From NCBI GenBank assembly GCA_964367075.1, contig CAYIWH010000007.1, positions 185-32,184 on the forward strand: a DNA stretch of 32,000 nucleotides. The letters run 5' to 3'. The stretch is from an uncultured Candidatus Saccharibacteria bacterium. Lineage in GTDB: Bacteria > Patescibacteriota > Minisyncoccia > UBA11713 > 2-01-FULL-45-33. Of the stretch, positions 9,308 to 16,854 are shown one piece after another (positions within the stretch are counted from its first letter, which is position 1; each line of letters opens with the position of its first letter). The notes beneath the pieces were generated by a model. It saw only the letters and a program-made list of their open reading frames with translations, did no database searches and had not been told where the DNA came from. Position numbers and translations under genes: made by a program.

Positions 9308-10555
9308 ATGATTGATTCTCTAACAAATTTTGGCAAAAAAATAATCCCAAAATCAATATTTGAATTTTTCCAACCAATGTATCACTGGTTTTTGGCGTGT
9401 GGCGCAGCTTTGTGGTACGGATTTCCATCTAGAAAACTCTATATGATCGGAGTAACTGGAACAAATGGCAAATCAACGGTTGTTGACTTGCTACATGCAA
9501 TATTATCCGAGGCCGGCGAATCGGTGGCATCGGCATCTTCAATTCGTTTTAGAATAAACAACAAAGAAGAAACAAATACGCTTAAGATGACAATGCCGGG
9601 GCGATTTAAAATGCAAAAATTTTTGCACGATGCTGTGCGCGAAAGATGTAAATATACCATACTTGAAGTTACATCGGAAGGCATCAAGCAATTTCGCCAC
9701 AAAGGAATTAGATTTTCTTTGGCGGTTTTAACAAATGTAACTCCTGAACATATTGAATCACACGGAAGCTTTGAAGAATATCGCGCCACAAAAGCAAAGC
9801 TTTTTTATCATACGCCAAATCATATTTTAAATGGCGATGACGCGAACATTACATATTTTTTAAATATTCCAGCAAAAAATAGAATTATTTATACAAAGAG
9901 CGATTTTCCGCCTGATTGGAAATCAAAATTACTCGGTGATTTTAACAAAGAAAACATTGTAGCCGCTTATCAGGCCGCGCGATTGCTGGGAATAAATCCG
10001 GAAAAAATTAAATTGGCGGTTGAAAAGTTCAATGGTGTCCCGGGAAGGCTTGAATTTATACAGCACGAGCCATTTACTGTTGTTGTGGATTATGCTCATA
10101 CTCCTGATGCTTTGGAAAAGGTGTATAAAACACTTCGATCAACTTACTTAGTAACTAAGTCACTAAGTAACACAAATGATATGATTTCTGGTCGGCTGAT
10201 TTGTGTGCTTGGCGCCGCCGGAGGTGGACGCGACAAATGGAAACGCCCAGAAATGGGGAAAATTGCGGCGATATATTGCGATGAAATTATACTTACAAAC
10301 GAAGATTCGTATGATGAAGACCCACTTTCTATTATTAAAGAAATTGAAAGCGGGTTTTCGCAACTACCAACTACCAACTATCAACTATCAACTATTCTTG
10401 ATCGCAAAGAGGCTATTGCCAAAGCGATCGCAAGCACGAAAACCGGCGATGTTGTTATTATCACCGGCAAAGGATGCGAGCCTTGGCTTATGGGTCCAAA
10501 CGGCACAAAAACAGCGTGGGATGATAGAAAAATCGCACGAGATGTGTTAAAGTAA
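9308..10555 (+). CDS. murE: Mur ligase, MurE-like (UDP-MurNAc-tripeptide synthetase) with a short N-terminal domain
   Basis: GVTGTNGKST P-loop, DYAHTPDALEKV, GAAGGGRDKWKRPEMG, ITGKGCE. Contains two repeat-derived in-frame segments (see findings). Confidence 0.8.
   Translation: MIDSLTNFGKKIIPKSIFEFFQPMYHWFLACGAALWYGFPSRKLYMIGVTGTNGKSTVVDLLHAILSEAGESVASASSIRFRINNKEETNTLKMTMPGRFKMQKFLHDAVRERCKYTILEVTSEGIKQFRHKGIRFSLAVLTNVTPEHIESHGSFEEYRATKAKLFYHTPNHILNGDDANITYFLNIPAKNRIIYTKSDFPPDWKSKLLGDFNKENIVAAYQAARLLGINPEKIKLAVEKFNGVPGRLEFIQHEPFTVVVDYAHTPDALEKVYKTLRSTYLVTKSLSNTNDMISGRLICVLGAAGGGRDKWKRPEMGKIAAIYCDEIILTNEDSYDEDPLSIIKEIESGFSQLPTTNYQLSTILDRKEAIAKAIASTKTGDVVIITGKGCEPWLMGPNGTKTAWDDRKIARDVLK
10145..10168. 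repeat. 24-nt palindrome-containing repeat TACTTAGTAACTAAGTCACTAAGT (copy 1, in frame inside murE)
   Basis: 23/24 identical to 16392-16415. Contains the perfect palindrome CTTAGTAACTAAG. Encodes YLVTKSLS. Confidence 0.8.
10361..10395 (+). repeat. Heptanucleotide tandem repeat (CAACTAY)x5 inside the murE coding region
   Basis: Read directly: caactac caactac caactat caactat caactat. Encodes QLPTTNYQLSTI. Confidence 0.9.
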
Positions 10556-10584
10556 TATTATTAAAAGTTAATTATAAAAATATC

Positions 10585-11367
10585 ATGGAAGACAAAACAG
10601 AGTCAAAATGCGAGTGGGTGAGGGATATGTGTGGGCACGGGCTAGTGGCAAAAATGCTCGCAATATTTCTTATTATAGTATCGATATTTTATATTGTAAA
10701 AATCAAAAATGAGTATCGCGGATACAATCGCACACAGCCAGCGACAACAATTAGCGTATCTGGTGAGGGCAAAGAATTTATAAAACCGGATATCGCGACT
10801 ATTAGCGTTGGTGTAATAAAGCAAAATGTTGATTTGTTGAAAGCGCAAAAAGAAGCCGCCGATGTGATAGATAAAGTGTTGGCGGTACTCAAAGACAAGG
10901 GGGTCGCCGACAAAGATCAGAAAACAACATCGTTTAATATTTACCCTCAATATGATTATCGTGATGGAGTTCAAAAATTCCGCGCGTACGAAGTTCGCCA
11001 AACATTGGAGGTAAAAATTCGCGACCTTTCAAAGGTGGGAGAGATTTTGGGTGGGGTTGCCGGTGCTGGCGCCAATGAAGTTGGATCACTAAATTTTACC
11101 GTAGACAATCCAAAGGCAATGCAAGAAAAAGCACGAGCCGCCGCGATTGAAGAGGCAAAAACAAAAGCAAAAACGCTATCTCGTGATTTAGGTGTGCGAT
11201 TAGTAAAGATTGCAAGTTACTCGGAGTCAGGTGGCGCTCAACCACCACCGATATTTTACGAAAAAGCAATGTATGGTATGGGAGTTGGCGGCGGGAGCGA
11301 TGTCTCTATCCCAACAGGAGAAAATGAAGTGAGAATAAATGTGACAATTACATACGAGATTAAATAA
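10585..11367 (+). CDS. SIMPL (DUF541) domain protein, N-terminally membrane-anchored
   Basis: TM helix (LAIFLIIVSIFYIV), then ISVSGEGKEFIKPDIATISVGV...TTSFNIYPQYDY...VRQTLEVKIRD, typical of SIMPL/26-kDa periplasmic immunogenic protein family members. Confidence 0.75.
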   Translation: MEDKTESKCEWVRDMCGHGLVAKMLAIFLIIVSIFYIVKIKNEYRGYNRTQPATTISVSGEGKEFIKPDIATISVGVIKQNVDLLKAQKEAADVIDKVLAVLKDKGVADKDQKTTSFNIYPQYDYRDGVQKFRAYEVRQTLEVKIRDLSKVGEILGGVAGAGANEVGSLNFTVDNPKAMQEKARAAAIEEAKTKAKTLSRDLGVRLVKIASYSESGGAQPPPIFYEKAMYGMGVGGGSDVSIPTGENEVRINVTITYEIK

Positions 11368-11369
11368 TT

Positions 11370-11987
11370 ATGTTTCGTGTTATTTATCCTAATCGCTACT
11401 TTTTCTGGGCAATCGCGCTTCTTGTTATCTTTGGGATTGCCATGTGGGGCGCGGTAGAACGTTTTGGAATTGAACAAGAATTTGAATTTTTCCACGCGAA
11501 CACCATAACAGCTCCTCGTAATAAGATAACCATTGGCGATGGTCATGTAGGATCACCAATTGCCGTTTGGTTACCATCGGGATTTGCTGGGGATCAAGGT
11601 GCAATTTCCGATTCTAATGATATGTTTTTTAGCAAAGCAGGGCAGAGTGGATATGGATTGAGAGTTGCATTATTAAAATTAGGCGACAAAGAAAATTTTG
11701 AATATGTAATACTCCGCGATTACTACGGATTTGATAATAATAACCCTAGAACATTTCAGGGCTACATAAAAAGTTCAGTATATCCACCTACGGTTAAAAC
11801 CATAAGCATTGTCGGATTAAATGGGTATTATGTTAATCAAGAAACAGAAGCAGGCAGTAGCGATAGCATTTTTCTCGAAGACAGATTAAAAAAACGAGTT
11901 ATAATAATTGAAGCATCTCCGTTGGGTGCAAAACAATTTGTTGATATAAAAGAATTTTTTGAAATAGCACACAGCTTAAGGCTTTAA
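11370..11987 (+). CDS. Membrane-anchored hypothetical protein (paralog A)
   Basis: The N-terminus MFRVIYPNRYFFWAIALLVIFG...VERFGIEQE is homologous to the N-terminus of 12393..13019. No recognisable domain otherwise. Confidence 0.6.
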   Translation: MFRVIYPNRYFFWAIALLVIFGIAMWGAVERFGIEQEFEFFHANTITAPRNKITIGDGHVGSPIAVWLPSGFAGDQGAISDSNDMFFSKAGQSGYGLRVALLKLGDKENFEYVILRDYYGFDNNNPRTFQGYIKSSVYPPTVKTISIVGLNGYYVNQETEAGSSDSIFLEDRLKKRVIIIEASPLGAKQFVDIKEFFEIAHSLRL

Positions 11988-11990
11988 TAA

Positions 11991-12092
11991 ATGACTCTTT
12001 ATCTAATTCTCCACAATGTCCGCAGTCTTTACAATGTCGGTTCGATATTTGGGGCGACGCATTGTTTGCATTTAAATCGATTTTTGATATGA
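11991..12092 (+). pseudogene. Truncated 5' fragment of a SpoU/TrmH methyltransferase gene
   Basis: MTLYLILHNVRSLYNVGSIF matches MTIYLILHNIRSLHNVGSIF of the intact gene at 13029 (about 80% nt identity over ~60 nt). It then diverges and stops after 33 codons. Confidence 0.65.
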
Positions 12093-12099
12093 TAGAAAT

Positions 12100-12345
12100 A
12101 TGAAAAAGACGGAATTTCAACATCGAGGAGCGCAGTTACCGGTTTTTATTGAGCGGGATATAGATGGATGGTATGTTATCGAATGCCCTATTTTTCGTGG
12201 TTGTTTTACTCAAGGCAAAACTATTGATGAGGCTTTGCACAATATTCGTGAAGTGATCGATTTGGTTTTAGAAGAAAAAGAGAATAGAGACATTCTCAAA
12301 AGTTATAAGCCGCGCGAGATGAGCTTGCATACCATTACGGTTTAA
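12100..12345 (+). CDS. HicB-like (UPF0150) antitoxin-family protein, no HicA partner visible
   Basis: DGWYVIECPIFRGCFTQGKTIDEALHNIREVIDLVLE is the typical HicB N-terminal RNase-H-like fold signature. Confidence 0.75.
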   Translation: MKKTEFQHRGAQLPVFIERDIDGWYVIECPIFRGCFTQGKTIDEALHNIREVIDLVLEEKENRDILKSYKPREMSLHTITV

Positions 12346-12392
12346 TGTTTTTTGATTGAATTACTTTAAAATAGAGATAATACAGAAAACAA

Positions 12393-13019
12393 ATGTTCCG
12401 TTTAATCTTTCCAAATCGTTATCTTGTTTGGACAATCGCACTAATTTTTATAATGGCGCTTCTTTTATTGGGCACTATTGAACGATTCAAAATTGATGAA
12501 GAGATTTCAATGCAAGAAATTGTTGCTTCGTCAACGATTTCTCACAATTCCACAGCGGGCTGGAAAACATATCGGAACGAAAAATATGGGTTTGAAGTGA
12601 AGTATCCACCTGATTGGAATCCCAAAGTTTTTTTTGAGAACACAAAAGATGAATTTATATTGTTTGAGCGACCAACGAAAGAGAACACGGCTCTATTCGG
12701 ACCTGAGGATTTTATACTAGATAAAACAGCAATTCGTATTCAGGAATATAAAAAAGACCCATCAATTTCTCTTTTGAATTTTAGTAGCGGATTTGTATCA
12801 AACCTACCTGATGTGAAAAGAAACCTAAGCACCTTTCTTAGCTTTTCTGCTGTATATATACCAATTGATAATCACGGTGACTACAATTTTAGCAAGGTAT
12901 TGGTTGAATATAATCCATTGCGAGTTATTGAAATTATGAGCTGGTCAGGACCGGAATCGCGGCACATTGTTGATGCCGTATTTAAAATTTTTCTTTCCAC
13001 ATTTAGGTTCATCAGGTAG
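12393..13019 (+). CDS. Membrane-anchored hypothetical protein (paralog B) with WKTYRNEKYGFEVKYPPDW motif
   Basis: The N-terminus is homologous to 11370..11987. The central motif is shared with 29158..29718. Confidence 0.65.
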   Translation: MFRLIFPNRYLVWTIALIFIMALLLLGTIERFKIDEEISMQEIVASSTISHNSTAGWKTYRNEKYGFEVKYPPDWNPKVFFENTKDEFILFERPTKENTALFGPEDFILDKTAIRIQEYKKDPSISLLNFSSGFVSNLPDVKRNLSTFLSFSAVYIPIDNHGDYNFSKVLVEYNPLRVIEIMSWSGPESRHIVDAVFKIFLSTFRFIR

Positions 13020-13028
13020 GATCAAATA

Positions 13029-13535
13029 ATGACTATTTACCTTATTCTCCACAACATCCGCAGTCTTCATAATGTTGGCTCTATTTTTCGTACAGCCGAT
13101 GGTGCTGGTATAAGTAAGATTTATTTGACTGGTTATACGCCCAGCCCATACGATTTTTTTGGCAAAAAATTGCGAAATGATTTTGCAAAAACCGCGCTTG
13201 GCGCGGAAAAATTTGTTGAGTGGGAGCAAAGAAAAAACATCTCAAATGTTATTGTGCAACTAAAAAAAGAAAACACATTTGTGTTTGCGTTAGAACAACA
13301 TTCTACAGCCACTGCATATAATAAAGCCACTATCATAAATGATAGTGGCTTGCGAAAGAAAAAAGGCAAAAAAAGTATCGCGCTTATTGTAGGTAATGAA
13401 GTACGCGGGCTTTCGCCAACAATTTTAAAAAAAGCCGACGCAATTATTGAAATTCCTATGCATGGAAAAAAGGAGTCTCTTAATGTATCGGTGGCCACAG
13501 GCATTGCTCTATATGCTCTTATAGAGTCAGATTAA
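13029..13535 (+). CDS. SpoU/TrmH-family RNA 2'-O-methyltransferase
   Basis: LHNIRSLHNVGSIFRTADGAG, IVGNEVRGLS and IPMHGKKESLNVSVATGIALY SPOUT motifs. Confidence 0.85.
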   Translation: MTIYLILHNIRSLHNVGSIFRTADGAGISKIYLTGYTPSPYDFFGKKLRNDFAKTALGAEKFVEWEQRKNISNVIVQLKKENTFVFALEQHSTATAYNKATIINDSGLRKKKGKKSIALIVGNEVRGLSPTILKKADAIIEIPMHGKKESLNVSVATGIALYALIESD

Positions 13536-13567
13536 ATCGCTTTGTGATATAATCAAGGAAGCGAAAT

Positions 13568-14371
13568 ATGAAGAAAATTATTTTATATTGCTTGATATTA
13601 TTGACAGTTCTTGTTGGCACATTAATTCTTTTTCAGGTGATCAATAATAAGCAAAACCAAAGAACTTTATCGGATTCAAATTATACTATGGGAGAGAAGA
13701 TAACATTTACAACAAAAGATGGTGTCAACATAGTTGGCAATTATTATTCTGCTTCTAGCACAAAGGGAATAGTGCTTTTGCATATGATGCCAGCTACCAA
13801 AGAAAGCTGGGTGTCATTTGTTACAAAATTACAAAGCGCAGGGTTTAAAGTTCTTGCCATTGATTTGCGTGGGCACGGGGAATCAATAGAATATCGAGTT
13901 GATGACAACATTGCAATGCCACAACATTTGGATTACACGAAATTTTCTGATGCACAACATCAAGCAAGCATACAAGATGTTGAGTCGGCTGTAGAATTTT
14001 TAAAAACGAAAGGAGTAACAGAAATTAATTTGGGTGGTGCGTCTATTGGCGCGAATCTGTCTTTGCAATTGGGCGCGGAACACACGGAAATAAAAAAAGT
14101 TATTTTGCTTTCTCCCGGATTTGATTACCGTGGTATAAAAACCGAAAACTATTCAAAAGCCTTAAAACCAAATCAAGCCGTATTTTTTGTCTCAGACGAA
14201 AACGATATGAGAAGTTATAGTGGCTCTGCCGCAACAATGTCGCAACAATTGTATAATATTACGCCTGCCAAAAAAGAAATAAGAATATTCAAGGGCGCAG
14301 GACATGGTACTGATATATTTGCTGCTCATCCAGAGCTTGAAGACGAATTAATTCAATGGCTGTTAAAATAA
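13568..14371 (+). CDS. Secreted or anchored alpha/beta hydrolase
   Basis: N-terminal TM/signal sequence, DLRGHGES, nucleophile elbow GGASIGAN (GxSxG) and C-terminal GAGHGTD. Confidence 0.75.
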   Translation: MKKIILYCLILLTVLVGTLILFQVINNKQNQRTLSDSNYTMGEKITFTTKDGVNIVGNYYSASSTKGIVLLHMMPATKESWVSFVTKLQSAGFKVLAIDLRGHGESIEYRVDDNIAMPQHLDYTKFSDAQHQASIQDVESAVEFLKTKGVTEINLGGASIGANLSLQLGAEHTEIKKVILLSPGFDYRGIKTENYSKALKPNQAVFFVSDENDMRSYSGSAATMSQQLYNITPAKKEIRIFKGAGHGTDIFAAHPELEDELIQWLLK

Positions 14372-14462
14372 TACATTTTCCGGTAATATATGAATATGAA
14401 AGAACAGCCAGATCTTTTTCCAGAAGACGCGGAAAAAGCTGAAAAATTAAAAAAAAACTGAT

Positions 14463-14603
14463 ATGCTTTATAAACTAAAAAAGCGCCACAAAAGCACGCA
14501 GGCTATTCGCGAGGGAAGAAGATTGATACGCAGGCTCAAGGACAAATCTAGTAAGGAGTCCAATAAACCAAATTCTGTTATTATTAGATCAAGCTATAAA
14601 TAA
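14463..14603 (+). CDS. Possible small, highly basic protein (46 aa)
   Basis: ATG..TAA ORF MLYKLKKRHKSTQAIREGRRLIRRLKDKSSKESNKPNSVIIRSSYK ends 3 nt before the DoxX ATG. Below the ORF-track size cut-off and has no homology signal. Confidence 0.2.
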   Translation: MLYKLKKRHKSTQAIREGRRLIRRLKDKSSKESNKPNSVIIRSSYK

Positions 14604-14606
14604 ATT

Positions 14607-15047
14607 ATGTGTTATTTTCAAACAATAACCGGTTGTCTAAATTTGTTTCCACAATTTCTTAATTATGGTCTTTACGGCCCGCTTTTATTGAGAGTTGGAC
14701 TTGCGGCGGTATTTATTGTCCACGGATATCCAAAATTATTTGGCGGACTAGAAAGTACTGCTCAATTTTTTGAATCAATTGGTATTAAGCCAGGAAAGTT
14801 TTGGGCGCTGGTAGTGGGCCTAGTAGAGCTTGTTGGCGGAATTTTATTGTTAGTTGGTCTTTTTGTTCAACTAGTTGCGATGTTGCTTGTGATTAATATG
14901 ATTGTCGCGATATGGAAAGTAAAATTCAAGGTTGGATTTTCTTCGCCAGCTGGCGGAGGCTGGGAATTTGATTTTGTACTATTGATTATGGCGCTGACCC
15001 TTCTCCTTCTCGGCGGCGGCGCGTATTCTATTGACTTACCACTATAA
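14607..15047 (+). CDS. DoxX-family membrane protein
   Basis: LLRVGLAAVFIVHGYPKLFG plus four TM helices. Confidence 0.8.
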   Translation: MCYFQTITGCLNLFPQFLNYGLYGPLLLRVGLAAVFIVHGYPKLFGGLESTAQFFESIGIKPGKFWALVVGLVELVGGILLLVGLFVQLVAMLLVINMIVAIWKVKFKVGFSSPAGGGWEFDFVLLIMALTLLLLGGGAYSIDLPL

Positions 15048-15085
15048 TCTTTTAATTTAAATTCTTTTGTGGTACAACAGACATT

Positions 15086-15913
15086 ATGAAGTCAGGGGAT
15101 ATTGTATTTGATATTGAAACGCAAAAATCGTTCGATGAAGTAGGCGGACGGGATTTTTTTGATAAACTTGGCGTGTCTGTTATCGCCGCTTATATTTATG
15201 GCGGTGACAAATATATTGCTTATGAAGAGCATGAGATTCCAGAATTTGAAAAACTTCTCAAATCTGTTGTATCGAACGGCAGACGAGTAATTGGTTTTAA
15301 CATTCATAATTTTGATATTCCTGTTTTACAGCCATATATTTCGTGGAATTTAAAAGAGCTCCCAACGCTTGACTTAATGGATGATGTAGAAAAATCGGCC
15401 GGATTTCGCATTTCGCTGGACAATTTGTGCACAGAAACATTGGGTGCCAAAAAATCAGCCGACGGCATGCAGGCTCTTCGGTGGTATAAAGAAGGGAAAA
15501 TAGATGAAATAAAAAAATATTGCATCAAAGATGTGGAGCTTACAAAGGCCTTATATGAATACGGCGCGAAAAACGGTAAAGTAACGTTTTTTTCACGCGA
15601 CTCAAGAAGTCGCGTAGCATTGCCGGTGAGATGGGGGATGGAGACGACCGTCAATGTTCGCTCAATTCTTAAAGACGGCTTTGATAAACGCAAAAGCGTG
15701 GAAATAGAATATGTGTCGCGCGATGTTCAAGACGACGGAGAATTAGTGCCCGCGAGAGTTGTGGACATACATAAAATTTTAAATGACACCTTTGAAGGAT
15801 ATTGTCATCTTCGTCAGGCAAAGCGAATTTTTAAAATTGACAGAGTAACTTCGGCTCGCCTTACCGATAATTCTTATAAAATGGTTCAAGATATACAAAC
15901 AAGTTTATTGTGA
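15086..15913 (+). CDS. RNase-H-fold 3'-5' exonuclease (DEDD / PolB-exo-like) fused to a C-terminal WYL domain
   Basis: ExoI VFDIETQ, ExoII IGFNIHNFDIPVL, ExoIII KKYCIKDVELTKALY. The C-terminal VEIEYVSRD...PARVVDIHKI...FEGYCHLRQAKRIFKIDRVTSARL fits the WYL pattern. Confidence 0.6.
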   Translation: MKSGDIVFDIETQKSFDEVGGRDFFDKLGVSVIAAYIYGGDKYIAYEEHEIPEFEKLLKSVVSNGRRVIGFNIHNFDIPVLQPYISWNLKELPTLDLMDDVEKSAGFRISLDNLCTETLGAKKSADGMQALRWYKEGKIDEIKKYCIKDVELTKALYEYGAKNGKVTFFSRDSRSRVALPVRWGMETTVNVRSILKDGFDKRKSVEIEYVSRDVQDDGELVPARVVDIHKILNDTFEGYCHLRQAKRIFKIDRVTSARLTDNSYKMVQDIQTSLL

Positions 15914-16398
15914 ACACAGAACAAACAAAATTTTTTAATATTGTTGGCCGCTCTTTCAGCCTAGATGAAGTTGTAGACGAGATAAATGATTTTGTGAAAA
16001 AAGCGCCTACGCGCGAATATAAAATTATTGTTGGTACCGATTCGTCTCCGCGTGAAATTGTAAAATTTGCTACCGCAGTAACTATTTGGAGAGTTGGCAA
16101 TGGCGGTATTCATTTTTGGACCAGCTCCGCAGAAAAAGGATATAAAAATCTACGAAATAGGATCTCGCGTGAAACCATGAGATCAATAATATTGGCTCAA
16201 GAATTAAGGGGACGACTCAAAGAGTCTTTGGGTGATGAATTTTTTTGGAATGATCAGATTCATATTGATGTGGGAGAAAATGGCCCGACAAGAGATTTAA
16301 TTGACGCAATGGTCGGCATGGTCAAAGGATACGGCTTTGATGCTGTTATCAAGCCGTATTCTTTCGGCGCATCTATAGTGGCCGACAGGCATACTTAG
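15910..16398 (+). CDS. YkuK/DUF458-like RNase-H-fold protein
   Basis: YKIIVGTDSS...KFATAVTIWRVGNGG...IHIDVG...S.A...ADRH layout resembles the YkuK family. GTGA start/stop overlap with the upstream gene. Confidence 0.55.
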   Translation: MNTEQTKFFNIVGRSFSLDEVVDEINDFVKKAPTREYKIIVGTDSSPREIVKFATAVTIWRVGNGGIHFWTSSAEKGYKNLRNRISRETMRSIILAQELRGRLKESLGDEFFWNDQIHIDVGENGPTRDLIDAMVGMVKGYGFDAVIKPYSFGASIVADRHT

Positions 16399-16415
16399 TA
16401 ACTAAGTTACTAAGT
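16392..16415. repeat. 24-nt repeat TACTTAGTAACTAAGTTACTAAGT (copy 2)
   Basis: 23/24 identical to 10145-10168. Supplies the TAG stop of the DUF458 gene and ends 11 nt before tRNA-Arg. Confidence 0.8.
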
Positions 16416-16426
16416 GATTATATTTG

Positions 16427-16498
16427 GTCCTCGTAGTTCAATGGATAGAATATCTCCCTCCGAAGGAGGTGATCCCAGTTCGACTCTGGGCGAGGGCA
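16427..16498 (+). tRNA. tRNA-Arg (anticodon CCG)
   Basis: Manual cloverleaf: acceptor GTCCTCG/CGAGGGC, D arm GTTC-AATGGATA-GAAT, anticodon arm TCTCC-CTCCGAA-GGAGG, T arm CCCAG-TTCGACT-CTGGG, discriminator A. CCA is not encoded. Confidence 0.9.
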
Positions 16499-16550
16499 AA
16501 AATATGCTATTATAATGAAAGTAGATAATTATAAGCTAATAATATTTAGC

Positions 16551-16823
16551 ATGGATAAAAAAGTGTCAAAAATAATCGTGGATAGGAATCTTTGTATAGG
16601 AGCGGCTAGTTGTGTGATCGCGGCATGTGATGTATTTGAATTGGATGCGGAAAACAAAGCAGTTATTAAACTTAAAAACAACATAAAAAATTCAGGTCCT
16701 GCGGAGCGCCCAAATCTTGAAGGTGATGCCGTGAAAGACGCGGATATTGTGGCCGCGGCGCAATCGTGTCCAACAAAAGCAATAACCTTGATTGCGGAAG
16801 ACGGAAGCAATATATATCCATAA
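16551..16823 (+). CDS. Small single-cluster ferredoxin ([3Fe-4S]/[4Fe-4S] type)
   Basis: IVDRNLCIGAASCVIAACDVFELD ... AAQSCPTKAI (CxxAxxC...CP pattern). The ATG at 16551 is preferred over the ORF-track start at 16515. Confidence 0.75.
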   Translation: MDKKVSKIIVDRNLCIGAASCVIAACDVFELDAENKAVIKLKNNIKNSGPAERPNLEGDAVKDADIVAAAQSCPTKAITLIAEDGSNIYP

Positions 16824-16854
16824 ATTTAAATCTTACTCATTAAATACATTATTT

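Noticed and set aside
10203-10550. 115-aa alternative-frame ORF and minus-strand ORFs inside murE
   Set aside because: They are embedded in the murE frame, which carries all the Mur ligase motifs. They show no independent signals.
12100-12345. Complete HicAB toxin-antitoxin module
   Set aside because: Only the HicB-like gene is present. No HicA-like small ORF (dsRBD fold, ~60 aa) is seen in the flanking 11990-12099 or 12346-12392 on either strand.
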